Part shown: piece after piece, positions 39,177 to 52,032 of the stretch | Numbering within the stretch: position 1 is the stretch's first letter | Layout of the letters: each line of letters opens with the position of its first letter | Assembly: GCA_950097015.1 (NCBI GenBank) | Contig: CATNEN010000033.1 | Location: forward strand, 1,922,001 to 1,986,000 | Direction: 5' to 3' | DNA from: Macrostomum hystrix | Lineage: Eukaryota; Animalia; Platyhelminthes | Length of the DNA stretch: 64,000 nt | Notes under the pieces: model-generated | What the model was told of the DNA's origin: nothing | Database searches by the model: none | What the model saw: the letters and a program-made list of their open reading frames with translations, nothing else | Made by a program: the position numbers and the translations under genes

Positions 39177-42100
39177 ATGGCCATGGAAGCCTCACCTGCT
39201 GCAGCATCAAAGGCTCCCATCTTGTACCGCATTGTGCAGCCCTTCATTCCCAGCGATGAGGAAGTGGCTGCCGGCTTCATCTCTGTGCCAGAGCCTGGCG
39301 CTCAGTTAGCTTACCTAGCAACCAGTACGCTGCCCGGCACCTTCCGAGTGCAGTACCGCGATAGGGAGGGCCTCGTGCCAACCAGGTGTCTGCAACAGGT
39401 GCTGCCTCCAGCCGGCCCCGGCACCTGTAATCCCGGTAGGTGCTGAATGATCCATTCTTTGCGAGAGGCTCACGGGGACTCGTTCGTCTATCTCCTTTCC
39501 TCTTTGAAGTCTTTGTCCGTTGGTCTCCCTTCCTCTTTGAAGTCTTCGTCCGTATATCTCCCTTCCTCTTTGAGGTCCTTCTCCATCTATCTCCCTCTCT
39601 GAGGTCTTTGTCCGTCTATCTCCTTTCCTTCTTAAGGTCTTTGTTCGGCAATCTTCCTTCTTTTTGTCTTGGTTTGTGTCTTTCTCATTCTCCGCCTCTC
39701 TACTCTGTTTGAAGTCTTTCAATTTGAGTTGTCTCCCCTCCTCTAGTCATGGAAATAAAGTATATATCTAATTCTAGAATTTCGGATTAGCTTGTCGCCA
39801 AAGTATCAAAGTTCTCAGGTTATTTAAAAGTCTATGTCTATCTTCGATTCCTCCAGGCGCCCTCTCAATCGACGGTCATCAGTCAGATGTCGAAGCGGCA
39901 GCCGCAGCGGCCAGCATTCGCAGGCGGCACCAAATTTCCTCGCCACAGCCGGCCGTATTCGTGTCCGGCCCTCGTTACTGCACTCTGTGCGGCGACTACC
40001 TGTGGCACTGCCGGGCCTCCCAGTGCGCCGCCTGCAAGCGAGTTTTCCACTTGACTTGCGCCGCGGCCTCTGCCAACGGTGACAACAACGAGCAAAGCGA
40101 ATTTGACGGCTTTGACGCGCTTGCCGGCTGCGACGGCTCGGCTCCACCGTCAGACGATGCGCACTTTCTGTACCTGCACCAGGCGCCTGCGCCAATCGAG
40201 GCCTGGACCAGCCGCATGGTGCTGGAGTGGCTGTGCGCAGCCAATCTGAGCCGATTTCTTGACGTTTGCTGCAAATACCTAGGCCAGAAAGGATTTCCAG
40301 GTTTGTGGACTGCATTGAATTTCTGATCTGTTGTCAACCAGGAAATCAGAATGGGATCTGTTGTCAATCAGAATGGGATCTGTTGTCAATCAGAGTGGGA
40401 TCTGTTGTCAATCAGAGTGGGATCTGTTGTCAATCAGAATGAGATATGTTGTCACTTGTCAATCAGAGTGGGATCTGTTGTCAATCAGAGTGGGATTTGT
40501 TGTCAATCAGATTGGGATCTGTTGTAAATGAGTATGGAATCTGCAGTCAATCAGAGTGGGATCTGTTGTAAATGAGTATGGGATCTGTTGTCAATCAGAG
40601 TGGGATCTGTGGTAAATGAGTATGGAATCTGCAGTCAATCAGAGTGGGATCTGTTGTAAATGAGTATGGGATCTGTTGTCAATCAGAGTGGGATCTGTCG
40701 TAAATGAGTATGGAATCTGCAGTCAATCAGAGTGGGATCTGTTGTAAATGAGTATGGGATCTGTTGTCAATCAGAGACTCAGAGTGGGATCTGTTGTAAA
40801 TGAGTATGGGATCTGTTGCCAATCAGAGTGGGATCTGTCGAAGCGGCTGTTGTAAATGAGTATGGGATCTGTTGTCAATCAGAGTGGGATCTGTTGTAAA
40901 TGAGTATGGAATCTGCAGTCAATCAGAGTGGGATCTGTTGTAAATGAGTATGGGATCTGTTGTCAATCAGAGACTCAGAGTGGGATCTGTTGTAAATGAG
41001 TATGGGATCTGTTGTCAATCAGAGTGGGATCTGTCGAAGCGGCTGTTGTAAATGAGTATGGAATCTGCAGTCAATCAGAGTGGGATCTGTTGTAAATGAG
41101 TATGGAATCTGCAGTCAATCAGAGTGGGATCTGCTGTAAATGAGTATGGAATCTGCAGTCAATCAGGGTGGGATCTGCTGTAAATGAGTATGGAATCTGC
41201 AGTCAATCAGGGTGGGATCTGCTGTAAATGAGTATGGAATCTGCAGTCAATCAGGGTGGGATCTGCTGTAAATGAGTATGGAATCTGCAGTCAATCAGAG
41301 TGGGATCTGCTGTAAATGAGTATGGAATCTGCAGTCAATCAGAGTGGGATCTGTTGTCAATCAGAGTGGGATCTGTTGTAAATGAGTATGGAATCTGCAG
41401 TCAATCAGAGTGGGATCTGCTGTAAATGAGTATGGAATCTGCAGTCAATCAGGGTGGGATCTGCTGTAAATGAGTATGGAATCTGCAGTCAATCAGAGTG
41501 GGATCTGCTGTCGATACGACTCAGATGGGTTGCTAAGTTGGTTGAGATGATTTGACTGGCACCCAGGTGGCTCCTGTCTTCGGGGCATCACCGACCAAGT
41601 CCTGACCGATGATTGGCGGTTGAGTGACGCGCCTCACAGGTGGGCCATCAGCGAAGCTCTCAAGCAGCTCATTGATGGTGTCGAAGGCGGCAGCTTCGGT
41701 GACTGGCCGGCCTTGGACTCGGCCGCCGCCTGGCGACTCGTTCCGGAGGGCCGCGGCCGGCACCAGCTGCGGCTGTCAAGCTTTGCCGAGCATCGGACCA
41801 GCTGCTCAGCCTGCGGCCTGCGGCTGCTTGGCATCTATCAGCAGGGCCTGCAGTGCTGCCGCTGCGGCGCGATTCTGCATCGCCACTGCGCCAGATTTCA
41901 ACCTCGCCAAAAACGCGGCGAGGACGACGACTGCTGCAGGCCGGCTGTGCCAGCCGTGCTGCCGTCGATTGTATTCGGCTTGTCTATTGAAGAACAGGTA
42001 CTCTGGAAGTTTGTTCGCTATTGCTGTGGTTAGGGCTACTAGTGCTGACCCCTAACTCCAAACTCTCAGGTTGCCGCAGGTGAGCGACAGTTGCCGGACG

Positions 42101-45100
42101 AATCAGACCGGCGCAACTTGGACAACTACGCCGAGACCTACAATGTGTACGACAGTCTGGCGGCTGGCACCGCCGATTCGGCCACTGACGAGCCGACATC
42201 CCCTGAGGCTGCCAGCCACCTGGTGCCCTACATTGTGCGCCTGTGCACCTACACAGTTGAGCGGGAGAGCCTGACCAGCGTCCGCTCCCTGCTGCAGTTC
42301 TATAGGTATCGGCGCACCGCTTCTGATGTGGAAGCTCTTCGCGCCGACTTCGGCAACGGAGTCGACGCAGCTACGCGCGGCAAACTTGACGGCAAGCTGG
42401 CAGCCCAGCTGTTGAAGCTCTGGCTGCAGGAGCTGCCGACCTCACTGCTGCCCAGTCACAACTTTGACAGGTCAGTTTCACCTTGGGTGGGATTTTGAGA
42501 CTATTCGGGTCACTTTCTAGCCTTAGATGTTGAAACTAAGGCGTCACCTTCTGGCACAGGACATTGAGGCTAATGACTGGCTTTCTATTCCAGGATGTTG
42601 AGGTCAACATTTGGCTTTCTATTCCAGGATGTTGAGGTCAACATTTGGCTTTCTATTCCAGGATGTTGAGGCCAATTATTGAGGTTTCGAGTCTCTATTA
42701 TGATTGAGATTTTAAAGTGTGGCAGATAGGAACAATCAAAGACGGTGATTAAAGCATTTTATTCCTTAACTAATCTGGCCTCAGATTCGTTCGCGTGATG
42801 GACCTGCCGGCCAGACAGCTGCCTCAGCAGGCCATCGAGTTCCGCCGCCTCCTAGCCGAAGCGCCTGTGCATCACCGGGCCACCCTGCAGCACCTGATGT
42901 GCCACTTTGTCCAACTGTTTCGCAAGGTACGCGCGCCAGATCCGCAGCAATTCATCGCCTGGTCTCGAGTGTTTGGCCAGCTGCTGCTGCGGCCAACCTG
43001 GTCCCGAGTAACCGGACTTGTGGCCGGGGACCACGCCAGGCCCTGCGTTGTGCCGCTGCACGATGTGGCCAAAGGCGTGCTGTCACACGGCCGCTGGGGC
43101 TGCGTGCTGCCCTCCTTTCTGAGGCTCAGCGATCCGTCTCAGGTGAGATTGCACTGGATTGTAGATTGTGCTCCAGAGATGCCCAGAATTCACCGCTAAC
43201 ATTGATCCACAGTGATCGAAAGATGCCCAGAATTCTAAAAAATCGATTGGCTAACCTTCCCAGATCCTCAAAGTCGACGGCTAACCATCCCAGATCCCCA
43301 AAGTCGACGGCTAACCTTCCCAGATCCTCAAAGTCGACGGTTAACCTACCCAGATCCTAAAAGTCGATGGCTAACCTTCCCAGATCCTCAAAGTCGACGG
43401 CAAACCTTCCCAGATCCTCGAAACTCACTGCTAACGTTTTCAGATCCCAGAATTCGACTGCCAACCTTCCCAGATACTAAAATTCGACTGCCAACCTTCC
43501 CAGATCCCCAAAATTCGACTGCCAACCTTCCCAGATCCCCAAAATGTGCTTGCAACCTTCCCAGATCCCCAAAATGTACTTGCAACCTTCACAGATCCCC
43601 AAAATCTAATGCCTACATTCTCAGATCCTCAGAGCCAACGGCCAACCAGGTCCCAAGAACAAAATGATTACACTTGACGCCAACTCTTGTACCCGTGGAA
43701 TGTCCCGCAGGTTGACCACATTTCGATGTCCGAACAGCCCTGGTACTGGGGCGACATCTCCAAGTCGGAGGTGCAGGCGGTGCTGGCCAATCGGCCGGAC
43801 GGCTCATTCCTGGTGCGCAACGCGGCTAATATGAGCGGCGGCTACACCCTGACGCTGAAGAAGGACGGCGAGAACAAGCTGATCCGCATTTATCCGCGCT
43901 ACAAAACCAACAACAGGCTGACCTACGGCTTCTCGGAGCGGGCTACTGAGTTTTTCACGGTGGCCCAGGTGATCAATTACTACACTTACAAGTCGCTGAG
44001 AGAGTACAACGAGAATCTGGACGTGCTGCTACTCTATCCGATTAGCAAATTCGCCGGCGGGCCAGAGATTTCCTCCGCCGCGCCGCAAGGAAATGCCGAA
44101 GAGGTTCGTCTAGACGTCCTTGTTGTCTGTGCTTCTTGTTTATTACGCAGTGATTGGCCTAATATTTAAAAGTTTGAGATGACCCGCTGATGGCCACGTG
44201 GAGAGTTTGAGATGACCCGCTGATGGTCATATGGATAGAGTTTGAGATGACCCGCTGATGGTCATATGGATAGAGTTTGAGATGACCCGCTGATGGTCAT
44301 ATGATAGAGTTTGAGATGACCCGCTGATGGTCATATGGATAGAGTTTGAGATGATCCGCTGATGGTCATATGGATAGAGTTTGAGATGATCCGCTGATGG
44401 TCATATGGATAGAGTTTGAGATGACCCGCTGATGGTCATATGGATAGAGTTTGAGATGACCCGTTGATGGTCAAATGGATAGAGTTTGAGATGATCCGTT
44501 GATGGTCATATGGATAGAGTTTGAGATGACCCGTTGATGGTCATATGGATAGAGTTTGAGATGACCCGCTGATGGTCATATGGATAGAGTTTGAGATGAC
44601 CCGTTGATGGTCATATGGATAGAGTTTGAGATGAACCTGCTGGGGAACCCCACTAATCCATCCTGTCTGACTCTTACCCGCCGCGGCATTTTTGCAGGCA
44701 CGCCAGGAACTGCTCACACTCTACCAGGAAATGGGCCGAGAAATCTCTGAGTCCATGGTGAAGATGGATGAGCATGCTGCCACGATTTCGACTCTGAAAG
44801 ATCAGCAGCTGGAGGCTGAGCGCGGCTCCAAGTGCTACTCTCAGGTTGTTCTCACCCTGTCTAACAACATTGTCAAGATGGACGGGCTAATTGATCGTGG
44901 GACCGCGGTTGAGGACCAGATGAGAACCAATCGAAGTCTGCAGGTGAGAGAGGCGAGAAATTCGCTTTTGTCGCTTCGACCGAATCTTCCCATTTTCATC
45001 AATTGCAGCACAATCAAAATGCAGCCAGCGGGGAGGCAATTCTGCCCTATTCCGCTGAGCACACACGCACATGGGCATGTTGCATAGTCACTGACACAGG

Positions 45101-46133
45101 TGTACATCTGCCCTAGCTTTCCCATCGTCAGGCAGTGTACACTCACTGCGTCATGAGGCTTGACGATATGCGTGTTCTCTCCTCCCCTCTCGCCATCTCT
45201 CAGCGGCTGCAAATCAAATCAACCCCGTGTACAGTTTTTCAGTCCATGGACTGGGGGCGGCATACCCACACGAATTGCTAACCCAGCTAATGCTAGTAAC
45301 CATGTTACAATTAAACAATGAACTGAAGCAATGATGCAGATTGTTTAGCGTTTGAGCTGAGATTCGAACTCTGAACCTTATCACTGAGCATTCCTAATCC
45401 TGATTATTTTCCTCTCTAACGGGAAAATCTCCCCAACCCGCCGCTCGCAACGCAGGAGAACCGGCTGCAGATGTACCGCTCCCGTCAGGAGGCGGCCGAG
45501 AAGGAGGCGCAGCGGATCCGGCACGACAGCCAGGTGTTGCAGGCGGAGGTGCGCACAATGCGAGCCGACGTCCGGGCCATCCAGGAGAAGCGCATCCGCC
45601 TGAAGGCCATCCTAATGACCCTCTACGGTGTGTCCCGCGAGACCATTGACGCTGAGGACGGCGCCATCCCGGGCGCGAACTTCTCCAGCTACCGGGCGGA
45701 CAGCATCGAGCAGCTCTCCCTGGCCGAAGACCTAACGGCGCCTCCGCAGGCCTCGCCGTGGGATCCGGCCGACTGGCTGGACCGGCAGATCACCAAGGCC
45801 GACCCGCTGCTCCGCCGGCTGGACCCGGCCCCAATCGGCACCTTCCTGATTCACGCGTCCCGCTCCGGCGGCCAGGAGAGTCTAGTACTGTCCGTGCGCA
45901 GTCCGTGCGGAGTTCGATTCTGCAAGATCTTCATGGAGCTGGGCCAGGGCCAGCAGCAGACTGGTCGCTGCGGCTTCGATTCGACAAATCCAACTGCCTT
46001 TTCTAGCCTGGAGAGTCTGGTCGCTTATTATCGAATGAATTCACTTGGCAAACACAATCGCGACATGGACACCTGCCTGTTCCTGCCCCTGAAACAACTG
46101 CCGCCCGACCGAGGCACCGACATCTACATCTGA
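39177..46133 (+). CDS. PIK3R1: PI3K regulatory subunit p85-like: SH3-C1-SAM-C1-RhoGAP-nSH2-iSH2-cSH2, 8 exons (39177-39435, 39857-40300, 41567-41997, 42070-42470, 42785-43142, 43711-44103, 44698-44943, 45456-46133), about 1069 aa
   Basis: nSH2 QPWYWGDISKSEV..DGSFLVRNA..YTLTLKKDGENKLIRI is typical of p85. RhoGAP KLWLQELP, two Cys/His C1 patterns, SAM WTSRMVLEWL. All splice phases are compatible and the total of 3210 nt is in frame. The start codon is tentative. Confidence 0.88.
39483..39720 (+). repeat. Intronic degenerate 33-bp minisatellite (p85 intron 1)
   Basis: CGTCTATCTCCTTTCCTCTTTGAAGTCTTTGTC-like units at 39485, 39518, 39551 and onward. Confidence 0.85.
40325..41510 (+). repeat. Intronic 22-bp minisatellite maturing into 44-bp dimers (p85 intron 2)
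   Basis: AATCAGAGTGGGATCTGTTGTC alternating with AAATGAGTATGGAATCTGCAGTC. Confidence 0.96.
42579..42675 (+). repeat. Intronic 34-bp repeat, about 3 copies (p85 intron 4)
   Basis: GGCTTTCTATTCCAGGATGTTGAGGTCAACATTT at 42579, 42613 and 42647. Confidence 0.9.
43245..43650 (+). repeat. Intronic 30/31-bp minisatellite (p85 intron 5)
   Basis: CCAGATCCTCAAAGTCGACGGCTAACCTTC units. Confidence 0.93.
44170..44635 (+). repeat. Intronic 35-bp minisatellite (p85 intron 6)
   Basis: GAGTTTGAGATGACCCGCTGATGGTCATATGGATA, about 13 copies. Confidence 0.95.
45020..45390 (-). mobile_element. Adjacent partial SINE family 1 (about 45020-45145) and family 2 (about 45225-45390) in p85 intron 7
   Basis: GAGGCAATTCTGCCC..CACAGGTGTACATCTGCCC (family 1) and CAGTCCATGGACTGGGG..CCCAGCTAATGCT (family 2). 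Confidence 0.75.
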
Positions 46134-46189
46134 CCGGCGCCTTTTTCTTGGGCTGTCAACTCTGACACATCATTTGCGGATTTAGATGT

Positions 46190-46742
46190 TTAAGATATTT
46201 GATTCGTGTTTTTGAGCTTGCAAATGAATTTTGCCATAGACAGCTTGGGTGTGGACATATTTGATTCGTGTTATTGAGCTGGCAAATGAATTTTACCATA
46301 GACAGCTTGCGTGTGGACATATTTGATTCGTGTTATTGAGCTGGCAAAAGAATTTTACCATAGACAGCTTGCGTGTGGACATATTTGATTCGTGTTATTG
46401 AGCTGGCAAATGAATTTTACCATAGACAGCTTGCGTGTGGACATATTTGATTCGTGTTATTGAGCTGGCAAATGAATTTTACCATAGACAGCTTGCGTGT
46501 GGACATATTTGATTCGTGTTATTGAGCTGGCAAATGAATTTTACCATAGACAGCTTGCGTGTGGACATATTTGATTCGTGTTATTGAGCTGGCAAATGAA
46601 TTTTACCATAGACAGCTTGCGTGTGGACATATTTGATTCGTGTTATTGAGCTGGCAAATGAATTTTACCATAGACAGCTTGCGTGTGGACATATTTGATT
46701 CGTGTTATTGAGCTGGCAAAAGAATTTTGCCGTAGACAGCTT
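46190..46742 (+). repeat. 62-bp minisatellite, about 9 copies, just 3' of the p85 stop
   Basis: CATATTTGATTCGTGTTATTGAGCTGGCAAATGAATTTTACCATAGACAGCTTGCGTGTGGA. GATTCGTG recurs at 46201, 46263, 46325 and onward. Confidence 0.96.
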
Positions 46743-48768
46743 AGCTGTTTTATTTATTTTATTTAAGACATTTTATTTATGTTCTTGAGAGGCCTAAATA
46801 TTTCAGGCCATAGAGAGCCTGAGGTTCTAAACAGTTGCTTCCTGATCCAGCGAGCTTCTGTATTCTTACCGTCAGTCGCCGCCCAATGGTCAGCTAATAT
46901 GATTTTTTGATTTACCATTGTCGTCCATTAATTTGTAGGCAATTCCAATTCTTTCATCTGAGACATTTTGTCAGGTCGCAGATCATAACTGTTTTCTCTG
47001 GAACCGCCTCTACCTGTGGTACTTACTATTAAACTGCATGCAGCGTGTACTGTACACACTATTCTCATTTCGCGTACTTCAGGGGCCGTTTCGACCATAG
47101 ACGCTGGGCGTTTTTTAATTTGATCTTTATTGACCTACTCATACCCCAAAGCTCACAATCTCATTGACAAGAGGCGCTGAAGTTTTCAATGATTAAACTA
47201 TTTTATATTGTAAATTTCTAAGCTTTTGTAATCGTGAATGACACATTTAGATTACCTGCACTCCTCTATATTGTTTTTCAAATGCTTATACTTGTGTCCC
47301 CTGCCAGTCCCACGCACTACTACTGATCAGTGTTGTTAGCAGTAGTATAAATGCGCAAAAATTAGATCTTGTTTATTAATAATTTATTATTTGCAGAGAT
47401 TAGACGTTTAGACGGAGTATTGACTAACTATTCAGTGGACTTTATATTATATTCTTGCTACATTGATCCAGTTTTTTTCTGTTTTAATTTGCTCATTTAA
47501 ATACGGTATTGCTATTATCATTTCTTAATTATTCATCTGTGCATGCATTGTCAGTTACCACTATGTCTCACAAATACACGCGATGTGTACTAATAACGCA
47601 AGAAGATTAAAGCCACAGGCTTATTGATATAAATGTTGGCGGTAACATTATTTTAAATTCATGCGAAATTTATATGAACGCGCGCACTAAAGTCTAAGGC
47701 TTTTAATCAGTGTTCGTCAGTTAATTCGGTTTTGAGAATAGGATTCTAATTATTTGGACATTGCTTGATTTTTCATAAGAACGTGGTTTTGCAGATTTAA
47801 TGATTTAGTCTGCAATCTCGCAACCAATAAATATAGTTTAAATAAAAAATATATACTTAAAGGGTATAGCCTCATTTCACTAAATCCTCATGAGATAAGA
47901 AGCATTAGCTGAGGTGCAGCTAGGCAGCAGTACGCTAGCTGCTAATGCAATTCGCAGGACGAAAAGAAACCTGCAAGTGCATTCTTTGTTCACTACCAGC
48001 CTTGAGGTAGATCGGGTCACCTGACAGAGGTCTGCCTCTCAATTTCCGACAGCTAAGCGCACGAACTACAGTCCACAGTACATAGTCGAGCCTTCCCAGC
48101 CAACATAGAATCATTCTGCTAGTATACTTGTATAGCGATTCTCTCACCGCCCTGAGCCACTGCATGCTATTTGGCTGTCACCCTTAGTCTCTCTTTCCCT
48201 CCCTTCAAACTAATCGTTCATGCAAGTACAGACAGGTCACTAAAGTGCAACGGACTGTTTAAGGGCACGCGCCGCAGAACGCTCTCGCAGATAAGAAGTT
48301 TGGGTTTGGCTTAAAAATATTCTACAAATGTACACTAGCCTAGAGGGACAGAGTTTGTGCCTGCCTATGTAAAGCCCCACCGTCTCTTACCCCCCGTCCC
48401 CCAGTGCACACGACGCACCGGGGTAAGAGAAAAAAGGCCGGCCCAGTTTTCCATTCACAAACAGAAACGCACTGGCAAAGCTGTCTAGGAGGAGGAGGCC
48501 GCCTGTGTACATTCGGTGCATAGAAAAGCACACGCCTAGACTCCAGCCTAAATGCTTGTTTCTCCCTCTCAGTTCAGCGACTAGAACAGACCGGCCCTCG
48601 CACCCTGTCATTTTCTTTTCTCCCATCTCCTCTCGCCTCATCATCTTCTCATTGCCATTATCTCATTAATTCCTTTTTTGTTTCTTGTGCTTCTCAAGTT
48701 CTCGCCCATCGCCGCCATTTTAAATCTATATCCAACACGAGTTCAGTAATCACAAGAAGACTGCATAA

Positions 48769-50351
48769 ATGTCCAGCAGCCGCGTTCGTAAAGCATCCGA
48801 GTCACCGGTGGAGAATGGCATCGCCGTGTCGCCAGGCGTGCCCTGCTGTCTGCACGCTGAGCCCGACCCCAGTAAGCCCGGCCACGCGCTCAATGGTTGC
48901 CTAGACCCTGGCGACCTGATGATTGATCCGGATGAGCCCGGGGACGCCGTCAAGCTGGTGTGCTCCAGCCCGCACTGCTGTCACAGTAAGCATACCGAAC
49001 GAATTCCCGAGTGGAACAAAATCCTTAAAAGTATTTTACATGCTGTTTTTCTCCCTGGAGAAAGACCATAGGGTGCATTTCAAATACCCACTGCTTCACT
49101 GCTGCTCCCAAACCGAATGACCGATTTTCGTGAAAGTGCACCATATGAATCTAAATTTCCCGCCCGTTTTCTGGATTTGCATGGCGACTGGCTGAATATT
49201 TTAGGAGATACAGAAAAAAATTGGTACTTTAAATACCCCCTGGTCTTTCTACTTTTGAGTAAGAAGTGGCAATCGGATCCGCAACCCCGCGCCAATTAGG
49301 CTTGTGGGCCCACGCCGACTGCTTCAGCCGCTGGGAGCGGGTCCTGCTCTCTGCCGCCAAGCTCCGCGCACCCGGCGTTCTGGGCAAGATCCGCTGTCCC
49401 TGCGGCCGCGGCCAGATCAGCCGGGACACCCGGCAGTCTCCGCCGCAGCTCATCGCGGCCGGGGTGCGCAAGCGCCAGACCAACGGCCTGCAGGTGGCCG
49501 GCGGCTCCTCCTACAGCCCCACCGACATTCTTAGCCGGCGCTTCCGCCACCTCAGCAACTCATCGAATCAGAGCGGCAACTTCAGCTTGAGCCCGCCGCA
49601 GACCGACGGCGGCTGTGGCCCCTCGCTTCCCTTCTCATCGCCCGCCTACGCCGCCTCCGCCGCCGCCACAGTGTTCGCCCCTTCGCCCGGCTCTGGTTAC
49701 AATCGCGGCAACATCTTTCGCCGGCGTAGCGACAACTACGAGAGCCTCAAAGCTCTGCCGCGCTGGAAGCAAAACAAATTCCACATTGTCACCGAGGACG
49801 ACAGCTCGACGGAGAATGACGACTTAAAGTCGCTGGTGCTGACCACCCTGACTGCCTGCCGCTGTCCCGATGTGCCCTGCGTCCTCTGCTCCCGCTGGAT
49901 GCCCGTCTACGACCACTTCCCGCTGGTTGACGGCACCTTCTTTCTCAGCCCGCTCCGGCACACCCCGGAGAGTCCGGCCTGCGGCAAGGGCTTCCTTCAC
50001 GCCGTCTGCATGCACTGCGCCTGCGTGTCCACCCTGCACAGCCGCTGCCGCTTCTGCCAGCGAGTCTGGGACGGCTCCCACCTGCTCATTGGCGGGGTCT
50101 ACCTGTTCGATGTGTTCGCCTGCTGCCCGTGCTGTCCGGACCGCCTGACCTGCGCCAACTGTCGAAGGCCGGCTGTGAAGGACACCGCCGAGCTGCCCAG
50201 TGCCTTCTCTCACTTCAGCCAGCCGGCCGCCTGCGCGCACTGCAGGGCGCAGGACTTCCACTTTGTGAAGCCGGCGCAGCACATTTTCAGGCAGGTGGGC
50301 GGGGCGGCGGCTGCTGCTGCAAGCACCGGGGCTGGCCCAGCGTCCTTCTAG
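48769..50351 (+). CDS. HECA: Headcase protein homolog, 2 exons (48769-48985, 49300-50351), about 422 aa
   Basis: DAVKLVCSSPHC, HADCFSRWE, CPCGRG, CVLC..VYDHFPLVDGTFFLSP, HAVCMHC, WDGSHLLIGGVYLFDVFA..CC, DFHFVK. Phase-1 intron A|GTAAGC..ATTAG|GC. Confidence 0.9.
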
Positions 50352-50619
50352 GGGCGGGCGGCGAAATGAAGAATGTGAAGAATGCGATATTCGTTTTATG
50401 ATTTCTTTTTTACCTCCACACCTTCTGCTCTCTGCGTCATCACTATCAGGATGGGCGGTCAGCAGCGTGCATTGCTGACCGGTCTGTGCAAGCCTTATTT
50501 TATTGTGGAGTAGTAGAAATAATATTTAAAAGTGTGGGAACCGATGGTTCACTAAGTTTCTAGGAAACTTGCCATCGAAACAGGTTTGAGCAGAATATCA
50601 ATGGCTTGCAAGTGCAATA

Positions 50620-50770
50620 ATTTATAATAATAATTTATTACACCTGCCCCATTCGGTAGTTAAGTGTCTTGCTTGTTAAATGGACACACTGGACACAAAT
50701 TGTTCCAGTGGAGTCAGGAATCGAACCCCCGGCGTGATTCCGACGCTCTAACCACTAGGCTACAACCTCA
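50620..50770 (-). mobile_element. Internally deleted SINE family 2 copy
   Basis: AATAATAAT..CACCTGCCC..GTTAAGTGTCTTGCTTGTTAAATGGACACACTGGACACAAATTGTTCCAGTGGAGTCAGGAATCGAACC matches 54064-54380. Confidence 0.75.
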
Positions 50771-52032
50771 GTTGCGATTGCAGCAGTTGTAATGTGTTTA
50801 TATTGTGCGATATTGTGTTGTTTCCGTTTAGTCTGTGTTGTGTACATCTGTGCATGAAATGTAACTATTTAAACGGATGGCCTCCCTCAACCTTCACTCA
50901 CAAAGTGTTCTCTATTTTATGGCATAAGTGAAGATCGCATTCAGAATTGTTCCTTATGTCTTACCGCAGAGCTAATTAAACCTACTTAGACTAATTAATG
51001 ATCAATGTAATAGATTGGATTTTATCATATTGTCTCGAGTTTTCACATTTTCCTAATACAGCACCACAATTGAACATTTTACTTTTACTTATCTGGTTAT
51101 TAATTCCATTTTCTTCTAGCAGAAGGCCCTACCATCCGCTGTACACACTAATTCACTTCTCATCTCAGATTTGTAAAATTCTTTACCTATACTGCTTCAT
51201 GAGTGGCATCTATTTTTATCGGTACTTGCTTCAAGCTGGTACATGCAAAAGCAGAAGTCTTTGCCCAGTTTTCTTGACTTCAGATCATTTTTTTATCCCT
51301 TCTGAAAATCGAGTTCCATGTTGAGGTCAAACAAGGTCAATATTGCTGCAGTACATATTCCCGTGTAGACACAATTGTCTGTAAGCAAGCCGATGCTTGT
51401 GATCACCATAGCAACCACCACTGCTTTGCACCTGCCTGCTGCAGCCCCAACCATCCGCTTGGCTTTTGTTCGCTGCTAAAGTACATAACGAATCGCGGAT
51501 GGCGCTGAAGGTAAATCACTTTTTTTCCGGAGTTGTAAAGCTAATGCTAACTTTTATGACTTGTTGCTATGGTATTCGTTCTTTAAGAAAGTTAATTCGA
51601 CATTTTCTATTAGTTCAGATATTCTAATGGGATTACTGGTTGATTCTGTCACTTCATTTCGGCCATTAGTTAAAGCGAAATCAACTTGACAACGGAGTTC
51701 AATCTAGCAACCGCTGCACTTCCAGAATGCTTGATTTAAAAAGATATCAAGAAAAAAGTATACTTTTTGTAAAAAATTGGTCAGTTCATTATACGAGTAA
51801 ATTCGTATTTAGCGATCAAAGCAATTGGTTCAAAAATAGTTTAGTACGAATTAGAAGTTCTAAACATGGCGTCTGGAGTTGAAAGGCTCAATGAGTGGCA
51901 TGAATATTTTTATCAATCGCCAAAAAATTGAGCCTTAAACTACCCAAAAAAGAGCGGGCGCAGTTTTCCCTGAAAGTGCCATGTTTAGAGCTCCAACAGT
52001 TGGTTTAAATTATTTATTGCAAAAAATCATGC

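Noticed and set aside
20210-46742. Tandem arrays as CRISPR arrays
   Set aside because: There are no unique spacers between repeats, no cas genes, and the context is eukaryotic.
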